NCBI GenBank assembly: GCA_046733215.1
Contig: JBKPOS010000129.1
Span: 158 to 64,157, forward strand
Source of the DNA: Gemmatimonadota bacterium
GTDB taxonomy: Bacteria; Gemmatimonadota; Gemmatimonadetes; Gemmatimonadales; GWC2-71-9
Direction of reading: 5' to 3'
Length of the DNA stretch: 64,000 bases
Notes under the pieces: generated by a model
Database searches by the model: none
Told to the model about the DNA's origin: nothing
Seen by the model: the letters and a program-made list of their open reading frames with translations, nothing else
Shown here: piece by piece, positions 55,237-64,000 of the stretch
Numbering within the stretch: position 1 is the stretch's first letter
How the letters are laid out: every line of letters begins with the position of its first letter
Made by a program: the position numbers and the translations under genes

Positions 55237-56631
55237 TTGCTTGTCAAGGCGAACCACGCGGTGACCGAGACCCTTCGCGCTGCCACTTCCGACTCGAGCC
55301 CTCAATCGGCCGATCCATGGGGTGAGCGGCTCCCGCGCCGCCTCGGCTTGTGGAGCGCCGGTGCCGTGCTGGTGGGCATCACCATTGGCAGCGGCATTTT
55401 CCGGGTCCCGGCAGGCACCGCCGGCATCCTTGGCGTGCCGGGGGCCGTCGTGTTCGCCTGGATTTTGGGGGGCGCCATTGCGCTTACCGGCGCGCTCACC
55501 ATCGCGGAGCTGGCCGCGGCGCTGCCACGATCGGGCGGCGTGTTCGCTTTCCTTCTGGAAGCATTCGGCCCGCTACCCGCGTTTCTGTTCGGCTGGTCCG
55601 AGCTGGTGGTGCTCCGGGCGGCAGCATTGGGCGCGATTGCAACGATCTTCGCGGAGTACCTCGGCTACTTCGTCCACTTCGACCCAGCCACGGTCCGGCG
55701 GGTCGGTGCCATCGCTATCATCGGCATCGGCCTGCTCAACTATGTGGGCGTCCGCGCAGCCGCTGGGGTAATGAACCTGGTGACCGTCGCCAAGTTCTCC
55801 GCCATAGCGCTCCTCGGCGTCCTGGCCTTTGCTGCCGGCAGCGGCACGGCCGAACATTTTACGCCGGTGTGGAGCGGACAGGTGTCGCTGTCTTTGCTTG
55901 CGACGGCCCTGGTTCAGATCATGTGGACCTATGACGGCTGGGCCGACGTGTCGTTCATGAGTGGTGAGGTCCGCGACCCAGGCCGGACGCTCCCTCGCGC
56001 GCTCATCGCGGGAACACTGACTATCGTCGCCATCTATCTCCTTATCAACGCTGCCTACGTCTATCTCCTGCCGTTGACGGTCATGGCCCACTCGCGCCTG
56101 GTTGCGGCGACAGCGGCAGAGCAAATCCCACTACTCGGCAAGGGCGGCGCCGCTCTCGTGTCCGCCCTCGTCATGGTGTCGTGCTTCGGTTCGCTAAACG
56201 GATCGATGATGGCCGGTCCGCGGATTTTCTTCGCCATGGCGGATCGAGGTCTCTTTTTTCAGGGGGTCGCGCGAGTCTCGCCCCGGTTCCGAAGTCCCTC
56301 CGTTGCGATCTGGCTCGCGACCGGACTCGGCGTGGTCTATGTGCTGCTCAACGATTTCCAGCAGCTCGCCGACAAGTTCATCCTGGGGATCTGGCCCTTC
56401 TACGCTCTTTCGGTGGCCGGCGTGTACGTGCTGCGCCGGACCCGCCCCGACCTGCCGCGTCCGTATCGCACCGTTGGGTACCCGGTGACTCCGGCCCTGT
56501 TCCTGCTCGCATCAGTTGGAATGGTGCTGAACGCGTTGGTAACGGATCCTGTGAATACCGGAATCACGTTTGCGATTATCGGGGCGGGAGTGCCGGTTTT
56601 CTACGTCTGGAAACAAAAGCGTAAACAGTAA
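55237..56631 (+). CDS. APC-superfamily amino acid permease
   Basis: 12-TM protein with GITIGSGIFRVP typical of APC transporters. Start is uncertain (TTG 55237 or GTG 55261). Confidence 0.85.
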   Translation: MLVKANHAVTETLRAATSDSSPQSADPWGERLPRRLGLWSAGAVLVGITIGSGIFRVPAGTAGILGVPGAVVFAWILGGAIALTGALTIAELAAALPRSGGVFAFLLEAFGPLPAFLFGWSELVVLRAAALGAIATIFAEYLGYFVHFDPATVRRVGAIAIIGIGLLNYVGVRAAAGVMNLVTVAKFSAIALLGVLAFAAGSGTAEHFTPVWSGQVSLSLLATALVQIMWTYDGWADVSFMSGEVRDPGRTLPRALIAGTLTIVAIYLLINAAYVYLLPLTVMAHSRLVAATAAEQIPLLGKGGAALVSALVMVSCFGSLNGSMMAGPRIFFAMADRGLFFQGVARVSPRFRSPSVAIWLATGLGVVYVLLNDFQQLADKFILGIWPFYALSVAGVYVLRRTRPDLPRPYRTVGYPVTPALFLLASVGMVLNALVTDPVNTGITFAIIGAGVPVFYVWKQKRKQ

Positions 56632-56684
56632 ACAGTGAACGGGGTGCTCCGGTGATTTTTGGAGCCTCCCGTTTACCATTCACG
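56621..56684. repeat. Heptamer-built long palindrome (copy 2) between convergent APC permease and nadC genes
   Basis: Left arm TAAACAG TAAACAG TGAACGG, core GGTGCTCC-GGTGATTTTT-GGAGCC, right arm CCGTTTA CCATTCA. Same architecture as 43366..43435 but with more mismatches. It contains both flanking stop codons. Confidence 0.75.
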
Positions 56685-57527
56685 CAGTATCTCGAACGCT
56701 ATATCCGCTGCTTTGGCCGAGTGGGTCAACGCCCCCACAGAGATAAAATCGGCCCCGGCCTCGGCGTAGGCCCGAACGTTCTCCAGGGTAATTCCACCCG
56801 TCGCTTCGATTTCGATTCCCGGTGCGAGCCGGCGTGCCAGCGCGGCCCACCGTCGCACAGTGTCGGGCGACTGATTGTCCAGGAGCAGGCGGGTCGCGCC
56901 GGCATCACACGCCTCTCGCAGCTGTGATTCCGATTCCACTTCGACCTGAAGACCCCGAACCCCGCTCGTCCGAGCCTCGGCAAGGGCTGTACGCAACGGC
57001 TTACGCTGTGCGGCCAACGCCTGCCAGTGATTGTCCTTCACCATTACTGTCTCGGTGAGGTCGAGCCGGTGCAACTCACCGCCTCCTGCGAGGACAGCGG
57101 CGACATCGAGAAGGCGTAAGCCTGGTGCCGTCTTTCGGGTGTGGAGAATCCGGGTCGGAGTTCCGGCGACTGCCGCTACGTATCCCCGAGTGGTCGTGGC
57201 GATGCCGGAAGCACGCTGCAGAAGATTGAGCAGAGGGCGTTCCGCGCGAAGTAACGGGCCCAGGGGGCCGGTGGCGTTGCCGAGCACGGCTTTGGCTGCG
57301 AGTTGCTCACCTTCCGCGGTTGCCCATTCGATTCGGCAGCCGCACAGCTGCGCTACGGCATGCGCGTATCGCTGCCCGGCCACCACGCCGCCGCTTCGAA
57401 ACTCGAGCCGCCCGGTTCCCCGGGCGGTGTGGGCGACTGTCACTTCACTCGTGATATCCCGGGATCCGTCTTCCGCCAGCGCGATCGCCGCCAGCCGGTC
57501 GGCGTCGGCCGCGAAGTCGGGCGTCAT
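56673..57527 (-). CDS. nadC: Nicotinate-nucleotide pyrophosphorylase (carboxylating)
   Basis: ATG at 57527 (MTPDFAADADRLAAIALAEDG). Typical HTRKTAPGLR, VMVKDNH and IEATGGI. ATGA overlap with nadA. The remainder of track ORF 56673..58178 is an out-of-frame run through nadA. Confidence 0.9.
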   Translation of the reverse strand: MTPDFAADADRLAAIALAEDGSRDITSEVTVAHTARGTGRLEFRSGGVVAGQRYAHAVAQLCGCRIEWATAEGEQLAAKAVLGNATGPLGPLLRAERPLLNLLQRASGIATTTRGYVAAVAGTPTRILHTRKTAPGLRLLDVAAVLAGGGELHRLDLTETVMVKDNHWQALAAQRKPLRTALAEARTSGVRGLQVEVESESQLREACDAGATRLLLDNQSPDTVRRWAALARRLAPGIEIEATGGITLENVRAYAEAGADFISVGALTHSAKAADIAFEILREW

Positions 57528-58519
57528 TTGCCCAGGCTCACCATACGATCGAGCGATAGTCGGGCCCGACGGGCGATGTCCTCGGGGACAGTGATCTCGT
57601 AGCGATCGAGAGCAAGCGAATCCCGCACGCCCGGAAGAGTAATGCTTTTCATGAACGCGCAAACCGCTTCGGGATCCGCCGGATAGAACTGCTTGTCGGG
57701 CGCGATCTGCTTCATGCGGTGCATGATGCCGGTCTCGGTGGCGATAATGAACGAATCGGCGGGCCGCTCCTTCACCAGCCTGATCATCCCCTCGGTCGAC
57801 GCGATGTGGAGTCCGTCCGCCGCGATGGCGCCGCGGCCCATTTCGTAGATGAGCTGTCCGGCGCAGCCACACTCGGGATGGACCAGCACTTCGGCGTCCG
57901 GGTGGGCGGCTCGCTGAGCCTCGAGCACGTTCGGATTGATGCCCTTGTGGACGTGGCACTCTCCGAGCCAGACCTCGACCTTCCGGTCTGGGCGCATCCG
58001 CCGAATGTGCGAGCCGAGAAAGAAGTCGGGGAGAAACAGGATGCCCTTGTCTGCAGGGATCGCGTCGATCACGTCCAGGACGTTTCCGCTGGTGCAGGCG
58101 TAATCCAGCTCGGCCTTCACCTCCGCCGTCGTGTTCACGTATCCCACGACGACGTAGTCCGGAAATTGGGCTTTCCATTCGCGGACCTGTGCTCCTGTAA
58201 TCGTTGCCGCGAGCGAGCAGCCCGCGCGGAGATCCGGTAACAGGACCTTCTTCTGCGGGGACAGGATCTTCGCTGTTTCCGCCATGAAATGCACACCGCA
58301 GAACACGATCACGTCGGCGTCGGCCTTCGCTGCCTGTCGCGACAACCCTAGCGAGTCACCCACGAAGTCGGCGATGTCTTGCACCTCGGGGCGCTGGTAG
58401 TTGTGAGCCAGAATGACGGCGTTGCGCTCCCGCGCCCGATCGCGGATCTCGGTCTGGAGCGCTTTGGTCGCTTCTGGGCTCAGGTCGAACTCTTCGATGA
58501 CCGGGAGGGGAACCGACAT
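57524..58519 (-). CDS. nadA: Quinolinate synthase
   Basis: 331 aa with VILAHNYQRPEVQDIADFVGDS, CGVHFMAETAKIL and HPECGC. Confidence 0.93.
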   Translation of the reverse strand: MSVPLPVIEEFDLSPEATKALQTEIRDRARERNAVILAHNYQRPEVQDIADFVGDSLGLSRQAAKADADVIVFCGVHFMAETAKILSPQKKVLLPDLRAGCSLAATITGAQVREWKAQFPDYVVVGYVNTTAEVKAELDYACTSGNVLDVIDAIPADKGILFLPDFFLGSHIRRMRPDRKVEVWLGECHVHKGINPNVLEAQRAAHPDAEVLVHPECGCAGQLIYEMGRGAIAADGLHIASTEGMIRLVKERPADSFIIATETGIMHRMKQIAPDKQFYPADPEAVCAFMKSITLPGVRDSLALDRYEITVPEDIARRARLSLDRMVSLGK

Positions 58520-60015
58520 TAGATCACTTTCGATTGTCTGGCTATGGGAGGGTAGTCCACCCGCCGGTGTCCACCACGACTCTCGCGGCGGCTCCGGGCC
58601 GCTCGGGTAATGAGCGTGGCGACGAGGAGCTGGTTGGCGGTTCGCCAGTCATCCGGCGACAGCTCGCGTGTCAGTTCGGCGAGTGCCTCTTCCGCTCTGA
58701 GCAACGATACCTCGCTCCGCTGGACGCCGACGTCTGCGGTCATGATCGTGCGCATCCTGGCGCGGATCGCCTCACTTGCCGGCGTCGGCGTGACGTCCGG
58801 TACTCGTTCACCGGGAACGGCGCCAGTCGGCAAGTCTACCACACCCGGCGGCGGGAGCGATCGCGCAACTCGGTCCGCGAACACCAGTCCCTCGAGTAGC
58901 GAGTTGGAAGCAAGCCGATTGGCACCGTGAACGCCGGTGCTGGCGCATTCCCCGACGGCCCAGAGCCCGGGAAGACTGGAATGCCCGTCGAGGTCGGTTC
59001 GTACTCCTCCCATTGCGTAGTGGAGCGCCGGAGCGACCGGAAGCAGATCGCGAGCCGGGTCGAGTCCGTGGGCGGCGAGCATCTGCGAAATCCCCGGGAA
59101 CTGCTCCCTGAAATCACTGACCGCTCGCGCATCGAGCCAGGCCCCGCCGTTCGCATCCGCTGCGGCGACTGCACGAGCGAGGATGTCGCGCGGCGCGAGC
59201 TCTCCGCGGGCATCGTAGTTGAATGCAAACCGGAGACCCGACGCGTCCACCAGGTAGGCGCCCGCCCCTCGGACAGCTTCGGAAATGAGTGGGGCCGGAT
59301 TGACGCCTTGAAGCTTGAGCGCGGTGGGATGGAACTGGAGGAATTCGAGATCTCGAAGCTCGGCACCGGCATGGTAGGCCATTGCCCACCCATCTGCAGT
59401 AGCGACCTTGGGATTGGTGGTGACGGCATAAAGCTGACCGACGCCCCCTGTCGCAAGCACGACTGCAGAGGCACGCCTGGCGAACGTCGGTCGATTGCGC
59501 TGCACCAGCAGAGCGCCGGTCACTCGGCCGTCGTCGACCAGCAAAGCCTTCGCCTCGGTGTGTTCCAGGATTTCGACCAGTGGATCGTTGGCGACGATGC
59601 GGGTGAGGAGCGCAATCAAAGCGGCCCCGGTGCGGTCGCCGCCGGCGTGGATGATCCGCGGGCGCGTGTGGGCTGCCTCGAGCCCATAGCGTAGCCGGCC
59701 ATCCGCAGCGCGATCGAAAACGGCTCCCATGGCGAGCAGCTCACGCACCCGATCCGGTCCCTCATTGGTGAGTACGCGAACCGCGTCCGGGTCGGAAAGC
59801 CCATCACCGGCGGCCAGAGTATCGGCCGCATGTTGCAGCGGATTGTCCCCGGGACCGAGCGCAACCGCGATTCCGCCTTGCGCCCAGGCGCTGGCGCTGT
59901 CCGCCAGCGCTTCCTTGGTCACCAGGCGGGCAGCTCGGCCTTCCGCTGCCAGGCGCCACGCCGTCCAAAGGCCAGCGATTCCCGACCCGATTATGAGCGG
60001 CGGTGCATCCTGCAT
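58519..60015 (-). CDS. nadB: L-aspartate oxidase
   Basis: FAD fold LIIGSGIAGL, plus AQGGIA and the C-terminal SRGGHRRVDYP. One-nt overlap with nadA (TAATG). Confidence 0.93.
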   Translation of the reverse strand: MQDAPPLIIGSGIAGLWTAWRLAAEGRAARLVTKEALADSASAWAQGGIAVALGPGDNPLQHAADTLAAGDGLSDPDAVRVLTNEGPDRVRELLAMGAVFDRAADGRLRYGLEAAHTRPRIIHAGGDRTGAALIALLTRIVANDPLVEILEHTEAKALLVDDGRVTGALLVQRNRPTFARRASAVVLATGGVGQLYAVTTNPKVATADGWAMAYHAGAELRDLEFLQFHPTALKLQGVNPAPLISEAVRGAGAYLVDASGLRFAFNYDARGELAPRDILARAVAAADANGGAWLDARAVSDFREQFPGISQMLAAHGLDPARDLLPVAPALHYAMGGVRTDLDGHSSLPGLWAVGECASTGVHGANRLASNSLLEGLVFADRVARSLPPPGVVDLPTGAVPGERVPDVTPTPASEAIRARMRTIMTADVGVQRSEVSLLRAEEALAELTRELSPDDWRTANQLLVATLITRAARSRRESRGGHRRVDYPPIARQSKVI

Positions 60016-60041
60016 TACAAGAATATAAGGCGCGCGGTGGG

Positions 60042-61124
60042 CTAGGTCCTCGCCCGAATCAGCAGCGCCACTCCGATGAGCAGGAAGGCCCCGTTGGGAA
60101 TCCAGGCGGCCGCCGTCGGGTCGATAATGCCGCCGGCACCGACCGCCTTGGCGATCTGCATGAGCAGAAGAAACAGTACGGTGGTGGCCAGGCTAATCGC
60201 GATCCCGAATGCGGTTCCCGCCCGGGGTGACGTGATGGCGAGCGGAGCGCCGAAAATCGCGATGATGAGGCACGTGGCCGGAATCGCGAGCTTGAGCGCT
60301 CGTTCGACAACCAGCTTGTTGGCGTCATTGCCGGAGCGCTGCAGCGCCTCGATGTACTGCCCCAGCTCGGCGTACCGCATCTCGTCCGGTGCTTTGGGCT
60401 CGGCGAGCAGATCGCCCGGCGTCTGAGTGAAGCTCCGGAGCCGCAATGTTCGAAACGTGAATGCGGCCTGCCGCTCGGGTGAACCAATGACACGGCTGGT
60501 TCCGTTCCAGAGACCCCATCCTCGACGCTGCTTGTCGTAGGTCGCGCTGTCGGCGGTGACGACCAGGTCCGGATAGCGGAGGCCGGTGCCCTGCCGCTCG
60601 AACAGTACGGTCTTGAGGTTGCGGTTTGCGATCTCCAGCGACCGGATGGTATAGACCCAGCCCTGGTCTGCCCGGTAGACGAAGTTGAACCGTGCCGATG
60701 TCGGGCCTTCCGGTTGAGCCTTCTGCAACTTGAGCTGCTTTGCCGTGGCTCCCGGCGCCATCTCGCCGACCACGATGCCGAGTCCGGTGGCCAGGATCGA
60801 AACCAGAAAGATCGGCAGCATGAGACGCCGGAAGCTCTGGCCCCCGGCTTTGGCAGCCGTGAGCTCAGAGTGACGGGCCATGGAACCCACCGTGAACACC
60901 GTGGCGAAGAGCACTGCCGCCGGCAGGACGAGAAACATGTTCTCGGGCACGGAGTACACGTAGCTCACTATGATCTGTCGAACAGTGAGCCCGCGGTCGA
61001 GCAGCTTGTTCAGCGAATCGGTGAGGTTGATCAGGATGGAGACAATCGGGAAGCCGAGCACCGTGAGCCCGAACAGCCGCAGCCACAGGCTCAGCGTATA
61101 CCGGTCGAGCAGTCTGCCGATCAT
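60042..61124 (-). CDS. lptG: LPS export ABC permease (YjgP/YjgQ family)
   Basis: 360 aa with a 3+3 TM layout and a central periplasmic beta-jellyroll region. ATGA-type overlap with the upstream paralogue. Confidence 0.8.
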   Translation of the reverse strand: MIGRLLDRYTLSLWLRLFGLTVLGFPIVSILINLTDSLNKLLDRGLTVRQIIVSYVYSVPENMFLVLPAAVLFATVFTVGSMARHSELTAAKAGGQSFRRLMLPIFLVSILATGLGIVVGEMAPGATAKQLKLQKAQPEGPTSARFNFVYRADQGWVYTIRSLEIANRNLKTVLFERQGTGLRYPDLVVTADSATYDKQRRGWGLWNGTSRVIGSPERQAAFTFRTLRLRSFTQTPGDLLAEPKAPDEMRYAELGQYIEALQRSGNDANKLVVERALKLAIPATCLIIAIFGAPLAITSPRAGTAFGIAISLATTVLFLLLMQIAKAVGAGGIIDPTAAAWIPNGAFLLIGVALLIRART

Positions 61125-62857
61125 ACGGTCCTGCGGCGCCGCCAGCGAAAGCGATACAGGAGGCTGTCGAACAGCTCACGGAAGTCGCCTCCCCGATTCA
61201 ATCCAGGCTGGCGGTTCACGTGAATGAGCCCGAGAACGCCGACGACCGTCAGGATGATGTTGGGCAGCCACATCGACAGAGCGGGCGAGAGCAGCCCCCG
61301 GTCGGACAGGGCTTCGCCCGCTGTGAGCCCCACGTAGTAGAGCGAGAACACCGCCAGGCCGCCGCCGATCACGAGTCCCATGCCGCCGCGGGGGAAGCGT
61401 AGCGCCATCGCTAGTCCGATCAGAACGAACGAAATGCAGGCCATACTGATCGCCCACTTCTTATGGACCTCGACCATGTACCGGTCCGCCCTCAGATCCG
61501 CATCTTTGGCCCGATCGAGAGCGAGGGACACTTCAGCACGGGACGTGAGCCGGAGAGGCGGTGGCGGCTTCGGTCCCGAATCGGCTACCGGCTTCACGAG
61601 CGCCGACGCAGGCAGTTTTTTCGCCGGTTTGGGCTGGGTGGGGGTTCGAGTCGGGGCCTGTTTGCGCGCCGGTACAGTCGGGTGTGCGCTGCGCTGAGGC
61701 ACGCCGGCCTTTGCCGCGGGCGTCTTGGGAGGGATGGTTACCGGCGTGTCCGCCGGCGTCGCGAGCGATTTGGGCTCTTTGATTGACGACTTAGGCTGCG
61801 GCGGCGAGGGCGCGCTGGCCCCTGCAATGTTTGCTGTCGAATGCGAATCGGGCGCCTGGGCGGCAAGCCTCGGCGGGGCGAGCCTTGCCCGGACGCCTGT
61901 CCTGAGGTGGTCGAGCCACAGGCAATAATCCCCTGGAGGCTCTGGCGAGCTAGTGTCCGGCTGCAGAGTAGGCAGTGCAAGCAGCTCGTGGAGATCGCGC
62001 TCGACGAAGAAACGACGGTCTGCAAACGCTTTGTCCTGGTCCCTGTCAGCGTCCCGTACCACCGCCAGCATCGCGCAGCTCGACAACTCCCGGTCGCCCC
62101 GGATCTGGTCCGAGGTATTGCGCTCCAACTCGTCGAACACGTTACGCACGCGAATTTCGTTGGTCGCGAAGCGGGTGACCTGAAAGCGGTCGGCCTCGTC
62201 CGATTTGTATTGATGGACGACCCCGTCGAACAGACGCAACGTGAGGTCTTTCCCGCCCGGCGCGTACGCCATGAATCCGCTGTCGGCGTAGATCACGCGG
62301 CGCACGTTCTCATCGCCCACGTCGTAAATCGTCACACCACGCAGCAGGCCGGTAGCACCGTCGATTCGGCTCGACCGGAGGAAATACTTCGAGGGTGGCA
62401 CCTCGTTGATGATCTGCTCGCGAAGCTCGAACGTGGGTTTCTTGCGCCCGATATCGATTAGGAGCGCCCGGAGCTGGGCGTTGCTGTTGGGCAGGACCTG
62501 ATCGATGAAGAGGAAGGTCAGCACGGACATCAGGATGCCCCAGGCGAGGATCGGGCGGAGTATCTGAGCGACGCTTATCCCGTTGGCCCGAAGGGCCATG
62601 ATCTCGCTATCCGCCGCCAGATGGCTGAACGCGTACATCACGGCCAGCAACACCGCCATCGGGATCGTCATGGCGAGAATGAACGGCAGACTCAGGACGA
62701 ACACCTCGGTGATGACGGACCAGGGGAGGCCCTTTCCCACCAGAGCGCCGAATCGCTTGGCGACCTGGTTGAGCAGCATGAGGCTGGTTGCCGCGCCCAG
62801 CGAAAACAGGAACGGGGCGATGAGTTGGCGAAGGAGATATCGCGCGAGGAGGCGCAC
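61121..62857 (-). CDS. lptF: LPS export ABC permease (YjgP/YjgQ family) with a long Pro/Lys-rich insertion
   Basis: N-terminal MRLLARYLLRQLIAPFLFSLGAATSLMLLNQ is typical of LptF/G. At 578 aa it is long because of a low-complexity insertion at about residues 296-436. Confidence 0.78.
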   Translation of the reverse strand: MRLLARYLLRQLIAPFLFSLGAATSLMLLNQVAKRFGALVGKGLPWSVITEVFVLSLPFILAMTIPMAVLLAVMYAFSHLAADSEIMALRANGISVAQILRPILAWGILMSVLTFLFIDQVLPNSNAQLRALLIDIGRKKPTFELREQIINEVPPSKYFLRSSRIDGATGLLRGVTIYDVGDENVRRVIYADSGFMAYAPGGKDLTLRLFDGVVHQYKSDEADRFQVTRFATNEIRVRNVFDELERNTSDQIRGDRELSSCAMLAVVRDADRDQDKAFADRRFFVERDLHELLALPTLQPDTSSPEPPGDYCLWLDHLRTGVRARLAPPRLAAQAPDSHSTANIAGASAPSPPQPKSSIKEPKSLATPADTPVTIPPKTPAAKAGVPQRSAHPTVPARKQAPTRTPTQPKPAKKLPASALVKPVADSGPKPPPPLRLTSRAEVSLALDRAKDADLRADRYMVEVHKKWAISMACISFVLIGLAMALRFPRGGMGLVIGGGLAVFSLYYVGLTAGEALSDRGLLSPALSMWLPNIILTVVGVLGLIHVNRQPGLNRGGDFRELFDSLLYRFRWRRRRTV

Positions 62858-62919
62858 ATGGGAAAGATGGCCGCCCGATCGGCGCGGGCCAAGCCGGAGG
62901 GTTACCGGGGTCCGTTATA

Positions 62920-63855
62920 ATGAGGGCCATGACAAACCTCCGTATCGCGCCACTTCTCAGCATCGTGGGAGTCGTGGTCGGGCTCGGTGCGTGCGCTCGT
63001 GAGAAAGCGCCTCCGCCGCACGAGTTCGACTCCGCCAAAGCATTCGAATACCTCCGCACTCAGGTGGAGTTCGGCACGCGCATCCCCGGCACCGCACCGC
63101 ACGAGCGTATGGCCGACTGGCTCGATACCCTCCTGCGAGCGAGGGCCGATACACTGATCGTTCAGTCTTGGACCCACGTGACCGCGACTCGGGATTCGCT
63201 CCGGCTTCGCAATTTCGTCGCGCGGTTCAATCCGAAGGCGACGACCCGCATTCTGTTCCTCGCCCACTGGGACACCCGTCCGCGATCTGACGGTCCCAAC
63301 TCGAAGAATCCCAAGGCTCCGGTTCCGGGAGCGAACGACGGCGCCTCCGGCGTCGCCGTACTCCTCGGGGTGGCCGATGCGCTCAAACGCACGCCGCCGG
63401 CCATCGGGGTGGACCTTCTGTTCGACGACGGGGAAGACTATGGGGACTTCAATGAACATCCGAAGGATGTGCTGATCGGAGCGCGATACTTCGCGGCGCA
63501 CCTCCCACCGGGAGCGGCGCCGAAGTACGCTGTGCTGTTCGATCTCGTGGCCGATAAGGATCTGCAGATCCATCAGGAGGGAAATTCGCTCACCGGCGCC
63601 CCGGAGATCGTGGAGTTGGTCTGGTCCACAGCCAAGAAGCTGGGAAAGCAGTCGGTGTTCATCGACTCCCCCAAACACACTCTGACCGACGACCACGTCG
63701 AGCTGCAAAAGGCCGGAATCAAGGCGATCGACGTGGTGGACTTCGACTATCCGGCTTGGCACACACCGGACGATACGATCGACAAGGTGAGCGCGGCGAG
63801 CCTGCAGACGGTGGGGGACGTGGCGATGGCGCTGGTGCGGCAGGAGAAGCCCTAG
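62920..63855 (+). CDS. M28-family peptidase / glutaminyl-cyclase-like lipoprotein
   Basis: Lipobox VVVGLGAC. Metal-site contexts FLAHWDTRP, GANDGASGVAVLLG and AWHTPDD. Confidence 0.82.
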   Translation: MRAMTNLRIAPLLSIVGVVVGLGACAREKAPPPHEFDSAKAFEYLRTQVEFGTRIPGTAPHERMADWLDTLLRARADTLIVQSWTHVTATRDSLRLRNFVARFNPKATTRILFLAHWDTRPRSDGPNSKNPKAPVPGANDGASGVAVLLGVADALKRTPPAIGVDLLFDDGEDYGDFNEHPKDVLIGARYFAAHLPPGAAPKYAVLFDLVADKDLQIHQEGNSLTGAPEIVELVWSTAKKLGKQSVFIDSPKHTLTDDHVELQKAGIKAIDVVDFDYPAWHTPDDTIDKVSAASLQTVGDVAMALVRQEKP

Positions 63856-64000
63856 GGCGACGAGCGCGTGAGCTGGTGGTCAGACGGATGACGTGACGTT
63901 CAGCGGCCATCGAAATGAAGCCGCGCCTTGTTGGACTCCGGGACCGTTTGTTGGTGCGTTAGGAAGCCCCAGGGCGGTGAGTGAGTCGGTGGCGCACCGT

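Noticed and set aside
61215-61224. TTCACGTGAA perfect palindrome resembling the arms of the heptamer element.
   Set aside because: It lies inside the lptF coding frame (I-H-V-N-R), has no tandem heptamers or hairpin core, and is most likely coincidental.
63877-64000. Minus-strand frame open to the window end, possibly the 3' end of a gene.
   Set aside because: Only about 40 codons are visible. Third-position GC is noticeably lower than in the confident genes, and there are no motifs, so it cannot be supported.

Overview
High-GC (roughly two-thirds G+C) bacterial chromosomal segment. Gene content and the signal-peptide style (many ending in AQ) fit a Gemmatimonadota- or Acidobacteriota-like Gram-negative organism, but that is inference only. 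I call about 70 tightly packed protein genes, many joined by 1-8 nt start/stop overlaps. I recognised no rRNA, tRNA, CRISPR array, transposase, integrase, phage gene or known defence gene, so this looks like core or metabolic chromosome rather than an accessory island.

Gene blocks from left to right:
- Partial OprO/P-like porin, then a Mop/TOBE regulator and modABC.
- pruA.
- TonB-dependent receptor, YceI and a lipoprotein.
- PAS histidine kinase with a NarL-type regulator.
- A doubly frameshifted methyltransferase and an amidohydrolase.
- A 13-kb co-directional minus-strand block: TetR-TolC-EmrA-EmrB efflux, a HAMP kinase with a sigma54 activator, pqqA-E, and a translationally coupled ABC-2 exporter.
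- A TPR / ABC / permease / M16 peptidase operon.
- CDP-alcohol phosphatidyltransferase and OsmC.
- Small hypotheticals, then DsbA-Kup.
- acs.
- STAS, a receiver protein and ccmABCD.
- A nine-gene cluster led by an ECF sigma and a zinc-binding anti-sigma factor (DUF92, lipoprotein, geranylgeranyl-reductase-family flavoprotein, flavin reductase, methyltransferase, SRPBCC, KAS).
- A possible V4R protein, M24 peptidase and a secreted hypothetical.
- MsbA-like ABC protein and ctaB.
- APC permease.
- lptFG-nadBAC.
- M28 peptidase.

Most noteworthy observations:
1. An ABC-2 exporter is fused by GTGA overlaps to the end of pqqE, making it a candidate PQQ export module.
2. pqqA (absent from the ORF track) has a good sigma54 promoter, sits next to a dedicated kinase/activator pair, and is followed by an attenuator hairpin.
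3. Two copies of a heptamer-built long palindrome sit exactly at convergent gene ends and supply the stop codons of all four flanking genes.
4. The ECF-sigma-led lipid or isoprenoid-type cluster is uncharacterised.
5. An ABC / M16 peptidase module resembles RiPP processing and export modules.

All functional calls rest on motif recognition by eye. No database search was run.
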